In this document: positions 51,986-64,000 of the stretch, piece after piece
Layout: every line of letters starts with the position of its first letter
How positions within the stretch are numbered: the stretch's first letter is position 1
From: Camelus ferus
Taxonomy: Eukaryota
NCBI RefSeq assembly: GCF_009834535.1
Contig: NC_045696.1
Location: 7,876,001-7,940,000 of the forward strand
Length of the DNA: 64,000 nt
Reading direction: 5' to 3'
Notes under the pieces: generated by a model
The model's database searches: none
The model's input: the letters and a program-made list of their open reading frames with translations, nothing else
Told to the model about the DNA's origin: nothing
Position numbers and translations under genes: made by a program

Positions 51986-53189
51986 TTTGGTTTGGTTTGG
52001 TTTTGTCTTGTTTTTTTGTTTTCCAAGTGAATCAAGGCAGTTTTTAAATGAGATCTGAGCTGTGCATCTGTTGTCCCCGAAGCGCCATCATGTCACTTTC
52101 AGTTCCACAGATTAGCTCAGAAGTCGGTGCTGGTTTTTTTCAACCCCCTCTCAGAGTTTGTGATTTAAGAGCAAGCCTTCTTTGACTTCACTCCAAGAAG
52201 TGAGTGGGGTGATTGATTTCAAGCTGGAGGTGAGATCTCCCCACGCAAGGGCTGATGTTCAGAGCCCAAGTAGAAGCCAGCCACCCCTTTCTTTGGGATC
52301 AGGTGAAATGAGAAATCATCCCAGTACCAGCCCCCCGCCCAGACCCTGTGTCTCTGTCTCGCTCACTCTTTCTCTTCCACTCCCGTCCTGGGCAACCACA
52401 ACGAGTAAGACTTCATTTCCCGGTTCTCCTGCAGAGCCTCAGTTCCAACACTGCAGCTCTGGCTTAAAACATCTTAAATCAATAGCAGTTTGGGGTGACT
52501 GGAGTTTAATTCAGGTAGACTCCTCTACAAACCCATCAAAACCATCATCACTTCTGGAGCAATTCAGGGTGGATCCTGGGAACACCTGCAGTGGGCGGTC
52601 TCCAGGGCTTTGTCGCCTCTTTCCCGCTGCACAGCTGCACGGAGCCACCTCCAGCCTGCTGCAACGCCACTGCGCTGGCCCGGGCTCTGCTGGTGGCAGC
52701 CCCTGCAGCCCCACCTGGCTCTGCAAGGCTGTGGTTCTGCTCGGGGTGGCTGCTGAACGCTCCTTCCCCAGGCCCCCAGGAGAGCTGGGGCCTTCTACTC
52801 CCAGGAAGGAAAGGTCCCCTCCAAACAGCCTTAGGTTGCGATGGCTCTTCCAGCCTCCCAAGTGCAGCTCCTGCATCTGTTAGGAGCTTGTATCAAATGC
52901 CCCAGGGGCCAGACTGAGGGCCCCCTGTCTGATTACCTCCCACCTGACACTTGCAGCCCCACTTGCCCACTGAGGTGCCAGGGACTGAGTGTCCTTGCCT
53001 CTCAGGATGTGTTCTCTGCCTCTCCAAGGCTCCCTCCTCCCAGCCACAAGCCTCATGACCTCTTCTCTATTCTGGAGTAAGTCCCAGTGCCCAGGTGTCA
53101 TGGTCCTAGGGCCCAAAGGCCCCCTCAGATATGCCCAAGGACCTTAAGACCTCATAATCAGACAGGGCTCCTGCTGATGGAATGTCAGG

Positions 53190-53600
53190 TAGGATACACC
53201 AGGCTGCAAGTAACAGATAGTCCCACCTCAATGGCAAGACCAACGCGCCCTCCCACTGAGCAGAGGTCCCGAGGGAGAATAGCTCTGTGGCAGGTTGGTT
53301 CACTGGCTCAGCAATGTCTCCCAAGACTCAAGTTTTTCCATCTTTCTAGTGACAATGTCAGAGTTTGGCTTGGTCCCCAGGGTGGCTCCTCAAGGCACAA
53401 GATGGCTGCTGCACTGCCAGGAGTCACATCCAGACACTATGATGTCCAACAGAAGGAAGACGATGTGCTTTCTCTTCTTCATTCCTCTCCTTAAGAGCAA
53501 GGAAGCCTTACCCAGCAGCCTCCTGGACACCCCCTTAAATCTCATTGGCCCTGATGGTATCACATGATTAAGCTCAGGGAATCACTGCCGAGGAATGGGA
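53190..53600 (-). mobile_element. Old MaLR LTR (MLT1J-like)
   Basis: ggctgcaagtaacaga...cacaagatggctgctgcactgccagg...ctcattggcc...tcacatg. Confidence 0.75.
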
Positions 53601-56600
53601 CCACCTGTGATTACTTTTGGTGTCACCTCTTGGTACCCATCATGTACTTGGTTTGTTGTGATATTTTCACCCTTTCCTTTTTTTATGTAAGAAATATATA
53701 AATAGTTTCTTGTTCTAAATAATTTATTCAATACAGAAGAATGCTGAGTAAAAATATGAGAAATGCTCTTTACAGCCTCCCCCAATCTCACTTTCCTTCT
53801 CTACTTTGCTGTGTCTCTTCCCGTCCCCTTTATGCATTTGCATATATACTGTATGTTCATACACAGAGGCACTTCGCTTTAATTTTTACCTAGATGGTAT
53901 TTTGTTCAGCTACTGGCCTTTTCCTGGTTAGCTCTCAGGACTTACAGATTTCCTTCATTCACTTCAGTGGCTGAATGTTCTCCCACAAGGTGGATATGCC
54001 ATTGCTTTGCACTTTAACTAGCTTTTCAATCTTCTGCCTTATCCTCGTAGGTAGACGATGAACAACCTGAGGGCATATTTTTCTTATCTCCAAGCACTTA
54101 ATACAGCATTTTTCAACAAAGTGAAAAAGTTAATTAACAATTCCAATGGAAAGATTCTTTCTCTTGCCACAGAAATTGTCTTAGCGCAACTGACTGCTCT
54201 AGGTAGAGCCCTCTTCTGAGCCAGTAGGAGGGACATAGCTCCAAAATCTATCAGTTTGTCTATCGACAGTGACAAGTCAACCTACTGGCAAGGGAGGGTT
54301 GATAATTTTCTGCTTTCCTTTGGTGAGGTTTCCTGGGTTCAGGAAGGCACACCAACGTGGTCTCCCTGAGCAGGTTGCCAATTCAGAGCACTTGGGCTAC
54401 TTACAAAAGTTATGCGTTGTTTGGCTCACATAATAACATCAGGGCAGAGTTATTAGCAGCCCGCACTTCCTGGAGAACCATTTCAAGGGCTACTAATGGT
54501 GCTCAGACTGCTGAGCTGGAACAGTTATCCATATGCCTAGACACACACTCTTAATAACCCTTTCCAGGTTTCTTGAGGCAGTCACGATTACATAAAATCG
54601 ATTACAACTGAACCTATTCTAGACCCTTTGGTGGGGAGAAATTACTTCAATATGAGGCTATCACCTCAAAACAGAGCAACCAAATTTAGGACTGGGAGGA
54701 ACTTCTCCGAGCAATCACTCTTGAAGCAGATGTTGGCATTCAGACCCGCTGATAGCACCAGTGAAGATCATCTCAGGCCTCACTGGGGCTCCTTGTACTT
54801 CTGAATCTGCCTGAGCTTCCTGCAGTAGCTGAGAAAATTACCACTGTGAAAGAGCAAAGAAAAGAAACATCTGTGTCCCAGATGTGCTCTCTGGCATCGG
54901 GGAGGACTCTCAAAAGTCAGACCTTAACAGGAAACCTGGAACAATGAAAGGGAGTCAGGCAATAGGAACGAGACCGAAATTAGTTTATGTCCCTCCGCTG
55001 ATAACACACAAGGGGAAAGTTTTTGATCCGTCATTTTAATTAATGTGGATTATGAAAACTCTGGTCCCTACCACTAGGAAGCCTACAACTGAACAGGAGA
55101 AAGATAGCATCCACATATGAAAAACTGAACGATGATACCAGGCACCCTGGGGTGCAGACTAAATAAATGCCTATTACGCGTTTAGAAGGAGACTCCGCTG
55201 CGATAGCCAGGCTCCGCTTCCAAACAGGGCTGCTAGTCTGCCCTGATACAAACACTCAGAGAGGGTCGTATTTGACCACGCCTGCTCACTTCTTTCTTTC
55301 AAAAAAGCAATTTTCTCTGCAGACTCAGCCTGGATTTCTTTGCCGACTTGGATGCCTCTACACGTGTCTTCAACTGCTGGGGCTGAAAGGCTCCCAGCCT
55401 GCCTCCTCTGTGTTTCCACCACCCCCCGACCTAGGAATAGCCATGGCCATTGAAGACATTGATTACCCTTCTCCCTTCACCTACACCTACCAACTCACCC
55501 TAATTTGTTGTGAAAAACATTTGCCAGCAGATAGAGAAGACAGAATCAGGAGAAAACCTGTATATCGCTTGTTAAAAGGGGTTAAGAGGGTAACCATACA
55601 GGCTCCTCCCTCAGGCCCAGGCACTGGTGTCCCCAGCACCCCACGTGGCTGTTTCTGTAGACAAATATTTTTTCAGGCCAACACTGGGTTACATGGTGGC
55701 AGACCTTGGGAGTCGAAAGAGAAAGATGAAACCTTCACAGCAACTAGGCGTTTTCTTTCAACGGGAGCTTTTCTGTCTGCAAAGTTTTGTTTTACCTGGT
55801 AATTAAAGATGGGCAAAAGCAGTCCTGGAGAAACAGCTTTTCCTCCTCTCCAAGCCTGTTTCTCCAGGAGGAACAGGCACAGGCAGGGCCAGGGAGCCCG
55901 CCAACCACTCCTGATGGTTTATGGTCTGGGCCACTTCAATTTCTCACGTGTTACCTTTCTAGGGGCTGCAAGGCCCAGCAATCTGGACGCAGGCCAAGAA
56001 GTCAAGAACTGCTGAAGCCCAGGTCTCCGCTCTCGTACTGACACCAGCGACCACCCAGCCCCGCCAAACCACATGGCCCTGCTTTCCTGATGTATGAGGT
56101 GGGTAGAACGCTTTCTCCCCAAAAGAGGACTCCAAGGGATTAATTAGTTAAAATATGTAAACATGTATCATTATAATTATTATTCCAGTTTCTAGTTAAA
56201 ACCAAACTGGCCAAAAGGAAAGAAAATACCTGCACTGCCTCTGAGGGCCGCTACCTTGGCTTTTCCGGTATTTCCAGCCCGGCTGGTGGGAGGGAGTCCC
56301 GGGAGGCTCAGCGCTGGCTGGGCCTGAGCCCAGAGCTGTGTTCGCCACGTTTGAGGATGAGGAGGCCAAGAATCCAGTTGAGCCCTGGATACAGATGGGC
56401 TCTGACTGTTCCTCTGCTGGACATCTCCCGCGAGACCCTGATGCAGTGCATCTCCAGTAAGGCTCTGGGCCTTTATGTTCCTTGGAGAGCCACAGGTTGT
56501 GTAGGTGATCAGACAGACTTTCGGTTGCTAAGGTGTCGAGGTAAAACCTGTGCTTCCAATGGAGTGACTACTCTCTCCTCGGGAGACGATCCTCTGGGCC

Positions 56601-56827
56601 TCTGAGGTTGTTGCAGAGAGAAAAGTCGTGTGTGGTAGGACCGCCCTCCCCTCCTAACATCTATCTTCTTCGTGGGAGACCCTCAGTGGACCTCAGCCAG
56701 TCCCCCACGGCTCCCCTTCTCTGTGCCTGAAGAGTTCTATCCCATTCCAACTCCAGCTTCCACACCCAAACGTCTACCCTTCTCCTAATGGAGTCCAAAC
56801 CAAGGCCCCAGGCCTCTCTCCCCACGG

Positions 56828-56946
56828 ACTTCCGGTCTAAGCGAGGCCTCCTCACAAGATGGATGGCCGACACCGGAAGTGCCATCACCGGAAGTGCCAT
56901 CACCGGAAGTGCCGGACTAGCGCTCCCCCAATTCCGCTGAGGAAGT
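56828..56946. promoter_or_regulatory. ETS/GABPA and YY1-like motif cluster including a 15-bp tandem repeat
   Basis: ACTTCCGG at 56828-56835; CAAGATGGATGGCCG at 56855-56869; CACCGGAAGTGCCAT twice plus CACCGGAAGTGCC at 56871-56913; AGGAAGT at 56940-56946. Confidence 0.55.
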
Positions 56947-58064
56947 CAGGGCATAATGCCAGCCGGGAGCTCAGGAGAACAGTTCGCCATTGTTTAAATG
57001 GGCGTTTTTAAAGTACCTGTTCAATATTTACCTAGGGGGAAGGCTGAGTCCTCTAAATAAATAAAGGAAGGGCCCAACAGGGGAGAAAGTCCCCAGGAGG
57101 TAGCCTCAGCGTGTCCCCCGCCTCCAGAGAATTCATTTCTGGCCCCAAATTTGCAGCAATCCCCAACCTTAGCAAAATAAAAGCCTGCAGTTAAGGTCAC
57201 CCACCTGTCTCAAAAGACAGTCCCCACTCAGGCCCTTCAAAACCTTCATTCCAGGCCCTCTTCAGGTATGCCTTCCCTCTCCCGGTTGTTTCCCCTGAAG
57301 GCAGATCTGGGGAAGACTATTGTCTCTCTGTCTTGCTGCTGTTTTTAGTGGTGCCGCAGCTGTTCAGCTGGCCCACCCAGGCTAAAAGTGAATGTGGTTT
57401 CTTTCCAAGTGCACTGGGAGCCCTGAGTGCTCTGGTGTTCCTGCAGGGGTGGCTCTGGGCCTGCCTGCTCCCTGCCCACCACTGCTGGCAACCCGGGGCC
57501 CCCGACATATGTCAGATAGGCCATGACACAGAAGAGACACAGAAGTTAGGGAAGGTTGCTCTTTGGGTCTTTATAAGCATAATTCTGGCTTCTGCCTTGA
57601 CACTGCCTTCACATGCCCTTGGTCATCTCTCCCAGGCCCACAATGCTGCTTGTGGGGCTTGTTACAATCGCAGGGGACTTCCATTTGTCCGGGGTGGGGG
57701 TGGGGGGTGCCAAACTTCTCCCTCTGCTTCCTCTACCATTTCTGTGACTCAGGCTGCCTGGAAACTGGCTTTCTGACATCCAGCATAATATTCTTCCTTT
57801 ACCTTTTGAGGCAAGTCCATAATGATCACCTGAACATCTTTTACCTGAGACTATGGATCAAAGCTGGTACCTAGAACATGAAATAAGTGGCAGAAAGAAA
57901 GGCCAAAGGGATGTAAGTGGAGTGTTTTGCAGAATATACTCAACTCGGAGGAGCACTGAAAATACTTGTTAATCAGGAGCGTGTATAATGCAGTGCGCTG
58001 GGCTGAGGGCCCCAGGGTGGACAGGGAGCCTCCCTCCCCAGCACTCATCCTTAGAGTACAGAGT

Positions 58065-58067
<3 letters not shown>

Positions 58068-58097
<30 letters not shown>
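58068..58097. repeat. (GT)15 microsatellite
   Basis: Directly visible. Confidence 0.95.
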
Positions 58098-58099
<2 letters not shown>

Positions 58100-60648
58100 T
58101 AATTACATATAACTTTTAAGAAAAGTATTTCCAAGACCAATGGTATCAGAATGAATTGGCGCTATGTAGGGTAATTAAACAAGAAATGTGTGTATCCCAT
58201 TTATAGAAGGTACAGCACTTCTGGTAGCCAAGACACTCCCTCTGTCTATGACGCAGGACCAGGCAACCGTTTTTAATTTAGTTAACCAATCCCAGTCCCT
58301 TTCCATTTCCACATAGTAAGTAAATACTTGAGCACTTGTCTCTGGGTTTGGTCACCACTGGGTTTGGTGGTGTCCAGGATGCCTGGAAGCCTTGAGTCCT
58401 CTGCATCATGGTCCACTGGATTTTACGCGTTCCCCAGGCTGGTATTGGCTGTCACTAAAAATATTCGCCAGCCATGGATGAGAAAATCTAGGAGTTGTGG
58501 TTTTTTCTTTGTCAATGTCGGCCAACATCTCTTGAGCTTTGGGGTGCAATCATTTTATGTAACCCCTTGTTTCTGGATATATCTTTGGTTGACTGATATT
58601 TGTTGCCATTTCTTGTACGTCTTGATATTCTGCAATAGGTACTTCGTTCCACATTAAATTAATACTTATTTTTACTTATAAACAAAACAAACCCACATGG
58701 AAGGGTGTGATATTAGAGATGAAAGTCTTGGCTCTTAGCTCTACTTCCCAGAGATGATCATGGTGAACAGACACAGCCTTGGAAGGGTTCTCTGCATGAT
58801 CAAAGTGCATAGGCTGCTTTTCTACACAAATAGGACCATACGGTACCCATTGGACTTCAACTTGCTTCCTTTACTTAAAGCTGTGTCTTGGAACTCTTTC
58901 CACATTAGAACCTGGAGAAGCATTTCATCTTTCAGTGGGGTGTACTATTCCAGTCTAGGGGTGCCACCATTTAGCTAGTCTCTTGTTGAGGATGTTTAGC
59001 TTTTATCCAGTTTTTTTCCCTCCTAAAGAGTCAGTCAGAGGACTGGATACAATATTGGGTGTTTTGTTGCTTCCTTTAAGAGTATAATTGTAGGATGAAT
59101 TTCTACAGCTGGATTAAAGAGTAGTCACAATTTACATGTTGATAATTGTTACCAAATTGCTTTCCAAAAGAGATACCAACAGTATATTGATGCAACAGAA
59201 TGTTTTTAAAGAAGCAAAATAGCCAACTCAATTATCCGTAAATGGCCGTCCACAGTGTGTTAAGCCTCCCTTCCATCAGAGCCTGCTGATTTGGGCTGGA
59301 TTAAGCCAGGAAGGAATTTAACTATGGACTTCTCTCTGTGTTTGTCTTCTGAAGCTAAATATATAAGATTTGGGCAGTTCTGAGCGGTTTTGTATTTTCT
59401 TTTCGCTGCGGCCCCCTGTGTTCCTCTTGTCCCAAGGTCAGTCTGCTGTGTGTCTGCATCGGGCCAGGGGGCCAGCTGGGGTTTAATGATGCAGGGTGTC
59501 TGAGCCTCTGTAGAGCTGGAAGGGGGTTCTGGGGTGAACTGCCAACCGCAGGCTCAGAGGCTGGGGCTCCCCGAGGTGTACTGTTCTTAGGATTTCTTTT
59601 TACCTCTCTAGTCATCCTGCCCTTCACAATCCAAGTGCCCCTGTTCCTCAGCCCTTTTCTACCTGCATTGTCCACTAGAAAATTATTAAGGGGGTTAATA
59701 GAGTTGCTGTTCTGGGATCTCCTCTTCTGGTGGCTCAGGGTGGATTTTCTGCAGTAATTCTCAAGCTATCTGGGGTGAAGGACTACTCTTTATTTTCAAT
59801 TTCCAATCTGTTATGGACTGATACTATTGTAAAGTACCAGAAAAATTGAATGGTTAGAAAAATGAAATAAAAGACATACAAACTATGAGCCCAATTTCTT
59901 CTTATTACATTTAGATAGAATATTACTCTGTTATTTTGCTCTAAACGCATTTTTGAAATGCTCTCAGTTTCTGTTCTCATCTCATTAAAGCTCAGGAGCA
60001 GTTTGAGTCACACTCTAGAAGCTTCTGCGAGCTTCTTTTCCACCCTAAGCCTCTATAATTTTGCTGGGAGAGTGATTCTCATCCAATAGGGGAAGTCATC
60101 CCAGTTTTCAGCCATGGCGGGTCTGGTCAGTCCCCAGGGTTTAACATTGGGATTGGGTTTAAGCTCGAGGTCCTGCCCATTTACCCCTGGTCCCCTTTCC
60201 ACCCATCGTTTCCTGTGTGGGAAGCCGTTACTCATGTGTGCAGGATCCCATGATCTGCTGTCTTCAAATTAGACATTATATTCTTTCCTTCATGGTTTTA
60301 CTTTCAATTTGATTTAGGTCAAACATCAACCTTCCTATCAGTATTACTGTCTCTTCTCTATAACCAGCTACAGACAAGCGAAATGTGAAATTGGAGGATG
60401 TGGATAAAAGGGAAGTGATAGTTTTTTCCATCTGGCCATGAAAACTTTTCAATTCACTTTTTAAATAATTTTACACTTTGTGAGATACTGAGGATGGATC
60501 TTAATAGAAGGTAAATTATGAGCAACAACCCCTCACAATACGAGATTTTAAAGCTCTTTTGTCTTTAAAAGGGGCAGACTGTTTCAATTTTAAATACCTA
60601 AGAAAATTGGTTTTCAGATTTCCTTTTGGAACCTGAAGTTGCAGCTCA

Positions 60649-60681
60649 CAGCGGCATCTAGTGGACATCAGTGGTATAACA
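60649..60681 (-). promoter_or_regulatory. CTCF-like site with upstream (ZF9-11) motif
   Basis: Minus strand reads TGTTATACC-ACTGA-TGTCCACTAGATGCCGCTG. Confidence 0.5.
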
Positions 60682-61139
60682 GATGGAGTAGACCAGGCAG
60701 AAAAATAAGTGTAGTAATTTTTAAGTACTGTATTTCATTAATTATAAAGCTCAGACTTTTTTCCTGTTTTGAACATTTTTGAAATTGAGTTATGGCTTAA
60801 AATATGTGGCACATCACAGTTTAATTAAAAATTTTTCTTTCTCAGTGATACTTTGTCTTACAATTGATGACATCTTAGCTTTATCAAAATATGATTTTTC
60901 ATATGAAACTTTGTAGGATGTTCATTCAGTTATTCTCTCAGTAACATTGAGCATCTGCTTTATATATGTTAACATATTGACTTACTGCATATATTGTATT
61001 CACTGCATATATTTCATTTGCATTATATTCAAAACTCTTACTTGTAATGCAAAATGTAGCTCTTTTTTGTGATACACTAATGCACTGATGGCAATCAGAC
61101 CTAACTCCATGAATTAAAAAATCCATTACTGCTTAGGCC

Positions 61140-61322
61140 CAGTAGTTCTCAAGACTGGCTGCATTTAGAATTGCCTGCAGAAATTTCTAAACTATAACTA
61201 GCCAGACAGCACTTCTGAGAGAGCTTATCTAATTGGTCTAGGGGTGAGGCTCACACATTAGAAGCTTGTAAAAGCTTCTGAAGCTTTTAAATTCCAATGT
61301 GCAGCCTGGGCTGAGAACTTCC
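61140..61322. mobile_element. MER5A/B-like (hAT-Charlie)
   Basis: cagtagttctcaagactggctgcatttagaattgcctg...taattggtctagggg...aatgtgcagcctgggctgagaac. Confidence 0.8.
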
Positions 61323-62887
61323 TCCTTCATTTAAGTCAGATGCTTTTGAGATTATATAGATTTTTTTTTAATAGTTGAGAAATATTTGGCATTTTGTTTT
61401 CTAGTAAACAACCCTTATTTCTTACAACTATAATAATCATGAATGCAAAGAAACTCTACTTTTAAAGCAATAAAAACCATGATATTCAAGAAAAATTCAT
61501 TCAGTACAACTTGCATTTGATTCTTACACACTCAGTCATACAATATTATTTGAAGTGAACCCCACAATGAGACCTGGAATGCTGAGTAAGTGTAAAACAG
61601 TAGCTATAAAATTTACAAGATGTCACAGTAATATGGCTTTAATATACCATAACCCTCTCAAGTGATGTCTACCAACTAAGGGAAAAAAGTATCTAAGATA
61701 TCATTTCCTTGGAATACTCTTTTCTTGGCTGAGAGTGAACTCTGCTAATTCCAGGACTGACCCCGCAGCATACCGCAGGGCTGGCACCGTCGCTCTTGAC
61801 CTCTGGCTAGTGTGGTGGTAGAATGTGATACCCCGTCAGACCTCAGCAGAGATAAGCACAGTATTTCATGGGAGACGGCTTACAGAAGAAAGGACCTCCT
61901 TCATTTCTGTGCCCTACCGATGATTAACTTTATAATCTTGTACCAATTACTGGACCCATCACATCTCTTATTCCCCAGAATGCAGACCCAGGATAACAAC
62001 ACCAACTTCGGCTCTCGGAGATATTAGGGTTAAATATATATAAACATGGAACACACATCGAGCCTCAAATGCAAGACTAATCACTGTTACTTGTGGTGCT
62101 GTTTTCTGATTGCATTTCACTCATTGCAAAAAGTCAGAAGATGGTGTTTTCCAGAGTATTCAAGGCAGCATAGTACAGTTAACCCCTCCCAGCTGACCTC
62201 GTCCAGCCTCTAGGAACTGAGCTCCATGTTTAAATAATAGCTTAGCTCCTTTGATTTAATCAATAACTGGGCTTTTTAAATTCATAGGACTCTTTTTCTA
62301 TCCTTGAGTGTTCTCTCAAGGACAGAGTAACATAGTCCTAAAATATTCTCAGTTCAGTCTTCCTCCTTCCATCCAAAACAGCTGCTGCCCAGGGCCAGGG
62401 ACTGGCTGGGAGCCTGCTGAGTGTCCCTTCAAATAGAGAACCATGGGTCCTTGAACTAAGCCCAGGCTGCTGATAAGAAAGATTAACAGAGCTTACAATC
62501 TCCCGTGATCAAGATGCTGACCCCGTGGGTGGTGGGGCAGGAGAGCTGCGTCCACGTCAACGCAGTAGAAACTCTGGAAGGGAAGCAGTAAGAAGAGGAT
62601 CTTCAAGTAGGAAATTTGGGAGTTGGTGGGCCCGTTCCCTAAACTCATAAGTTTCAGTTTAATTTCCCCCAGCCCCACATGTCCTAGATTTCACCCAACA
62701 CCTACACCTTTGAGCATGACCCTCCCTGGATCAAAGTACTGTGGTCACATCTCCAAGGTCCTGATTAGGTTCTGATTGGATTTTAAACTCTTTCTACCAC
62801 CCATGCTAGTGACTCTCAATCATACTTCTCATTTGTGTGAAAAAGAAATGTGGTGTGGGCAGAAACTCACATGAATAGTGTATTTTA

Positions 62888-63062
62888 GGTGGGGGGTGGA
62901 TACAGCTCAGTGGTAGAGTGTGTACTTAGCATGTATGAGGTCCTGGGTTCAATCTCCCTGTACTTCCATTAAACAAACAAACCAACCTAATCCTCCCTTC
63001 CCCCAAGAAAAACAAAAAAAGAATTAAAAAATAATAGTTGGACACACACACAAAATTTTTTT
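62888..63062 (+). mobile_element. tRNA-Ala-derived SINE (vic-1-like) with A-rich tail
   Basis: GGGGGGTGGATACAGCTCAGTGGTAGAGTGTGTACTTAGCATGTATGAGGTCCTGGGTTCAATC then an A-rich tail. Candidate TSD aatagtgtatttta (62874-62887) / aacagtctatttta (63063-63076), 12/14 identical. Confidence 0.85.
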
Positions 63063-63319
63063 AACAGTCTATTTTAATGCCCTGCAGACATGTCACTATA
63101 AACCCATAACTTTCCTTGATTTTTGTTTTACTGATATAAACTGAGCTGATATGCTTAATGCAGATGGGGCAAGACTCAGGTGAAATCTTTCAGCCCTCAG
63201 CAAACCATTATTCATTCCTTCTTCAAGGCAAGGAAAGAAGGTTCAGACTGGGGTAGGTCATCACCACGTGTCGAGCCCTCACGCTGCTGAGAAAATGTAG
63301 TTCCTGGAGCTACAACCCC

Positions 63320-63475
63320 TGCCCCCTCCCCATTTATTAGCTGGGTCACCTGGGGTCGCTGACTTAACCTCTCTGAGTTTGTTTTCTCATCTCTAAATGG
63401 GATCTAATAATACCCTCAGCATCGAGTTCTGTGCAGATTAAATGAAACGATGTAATGGAATAGCTGGCCCAGTGA
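63320..63475 (+). mobile_element. MIR SINE
   Basis: catttattagctgggtcacctgggg...acttaacctctctgagtttgttttctcatctctaaatgggat...gattaaatga. Confidence 0.8.
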
Positions 63476-64000
63476 TGGAGATTATCATCCAGCTGTATCC
63501 TGGAGTCTGTTTGCAACTTGAAAATTAAAATCACGAGAGACCAGCAATTTGCTATCGAAAGTTAGTTGATTTTTTTTTTTAAATAAGAGAATACGTAAGG
63601 ACAATGGGAGCTAAAAATGGAATATATCCCTTTCCCGGGAAATAAACTTTCAGGCCGTGTTGTCAGGCAGGCAGTGTCTGGGCCTGTCCCATGGTCCCGA
63701 GGCATCACTGGGCTGCAGAACCAGGCCAGAGGCTGCAAAGTCCAAAGCAGCCCGATGCCCATCCTGACCTCAGGTTAGCTCCAGGACAAGAAACGAGCCC
63801 GGGGAAGCACCATCAGCCCTCCCAACGTCTCATTTCATGTGCCTGCCCCCTGATTTCTGTTAGGACTAGCGTTGGGCTCCTGGATCTCGGGCCATGTGCT
63901 AACTTGCAATAAACAGACCAAAGAGGGGGAACTTTGCAGCCAAGCCCAAGTCAAACACCTCTGTGAAAACCTATCCTGAGTTGCCCTGAGGTGTTTCCAA

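Noticed and set aside
52182..52917. Overlapping 233/121/108-aa ORFs in a GC-rich unique segment
   Set aside because: No recognisable homology or clear exon boundaries. A tBLASTx/PhyloCSF check would be needed to rescue it.
55167..55802. 211-aa ATG-initiated ORF
   Set aside because: No recognisable domain and no promoter or retrocopy hallmarks. It cannot be supported from sequence alone.
56871..56913. CRISPR-like array
   Set aside because: Head-to-tail 15-bp units with no spacers, in mammalian DNA.
63631..63642. Palindrome TTTCCCGGGAAA (STAT6-type spacing)
   Set aside because: A single short palindrome without supporting context.

Overview
Mammalian non-coding genomic DNA (intergenic or intronic) with one 100-N assembly gap. 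I cannot support any cellular protein-coding exon. The only ORFs I recognise are decayed transposon fragments: L1 ORF2 C-termini and Tigger1 transposase. The repeats are two tRNA-Ala-derived SINEs resembling the camelid vic-1 family, cetartiodactyl-type L1 3' ends, and ancient eutherian MIR, L2, MLT, MER and Tigger1 copies. I saw no Alu, Bov-tA/BovB or PRE-1, which points to a camelid genome (inference). The most informative non-repeat signals are: a CpG-island-like segment at about 31.2-31.85 kb with a candidate + strand first exon; an isolated YY1/ETS promoter-like motif cluster with a triplicated GABPA site at 56.8-57.0 kb; a convergent pair of CTCF-like motifs (10.7 kb +, 60.7 kb -); and several enhancer-like unique segments. 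Evolutionary scars include a probable L1 3' transduction, a nested MLT2/Tigger1/L1MB deletion junction and an AT-to-GC skewed L1MB tract. I found no convincing novel biological system. Repeat family names come from recalled consensus sequences, and boundaries are approximate unless a TSD or TIR is quoted.
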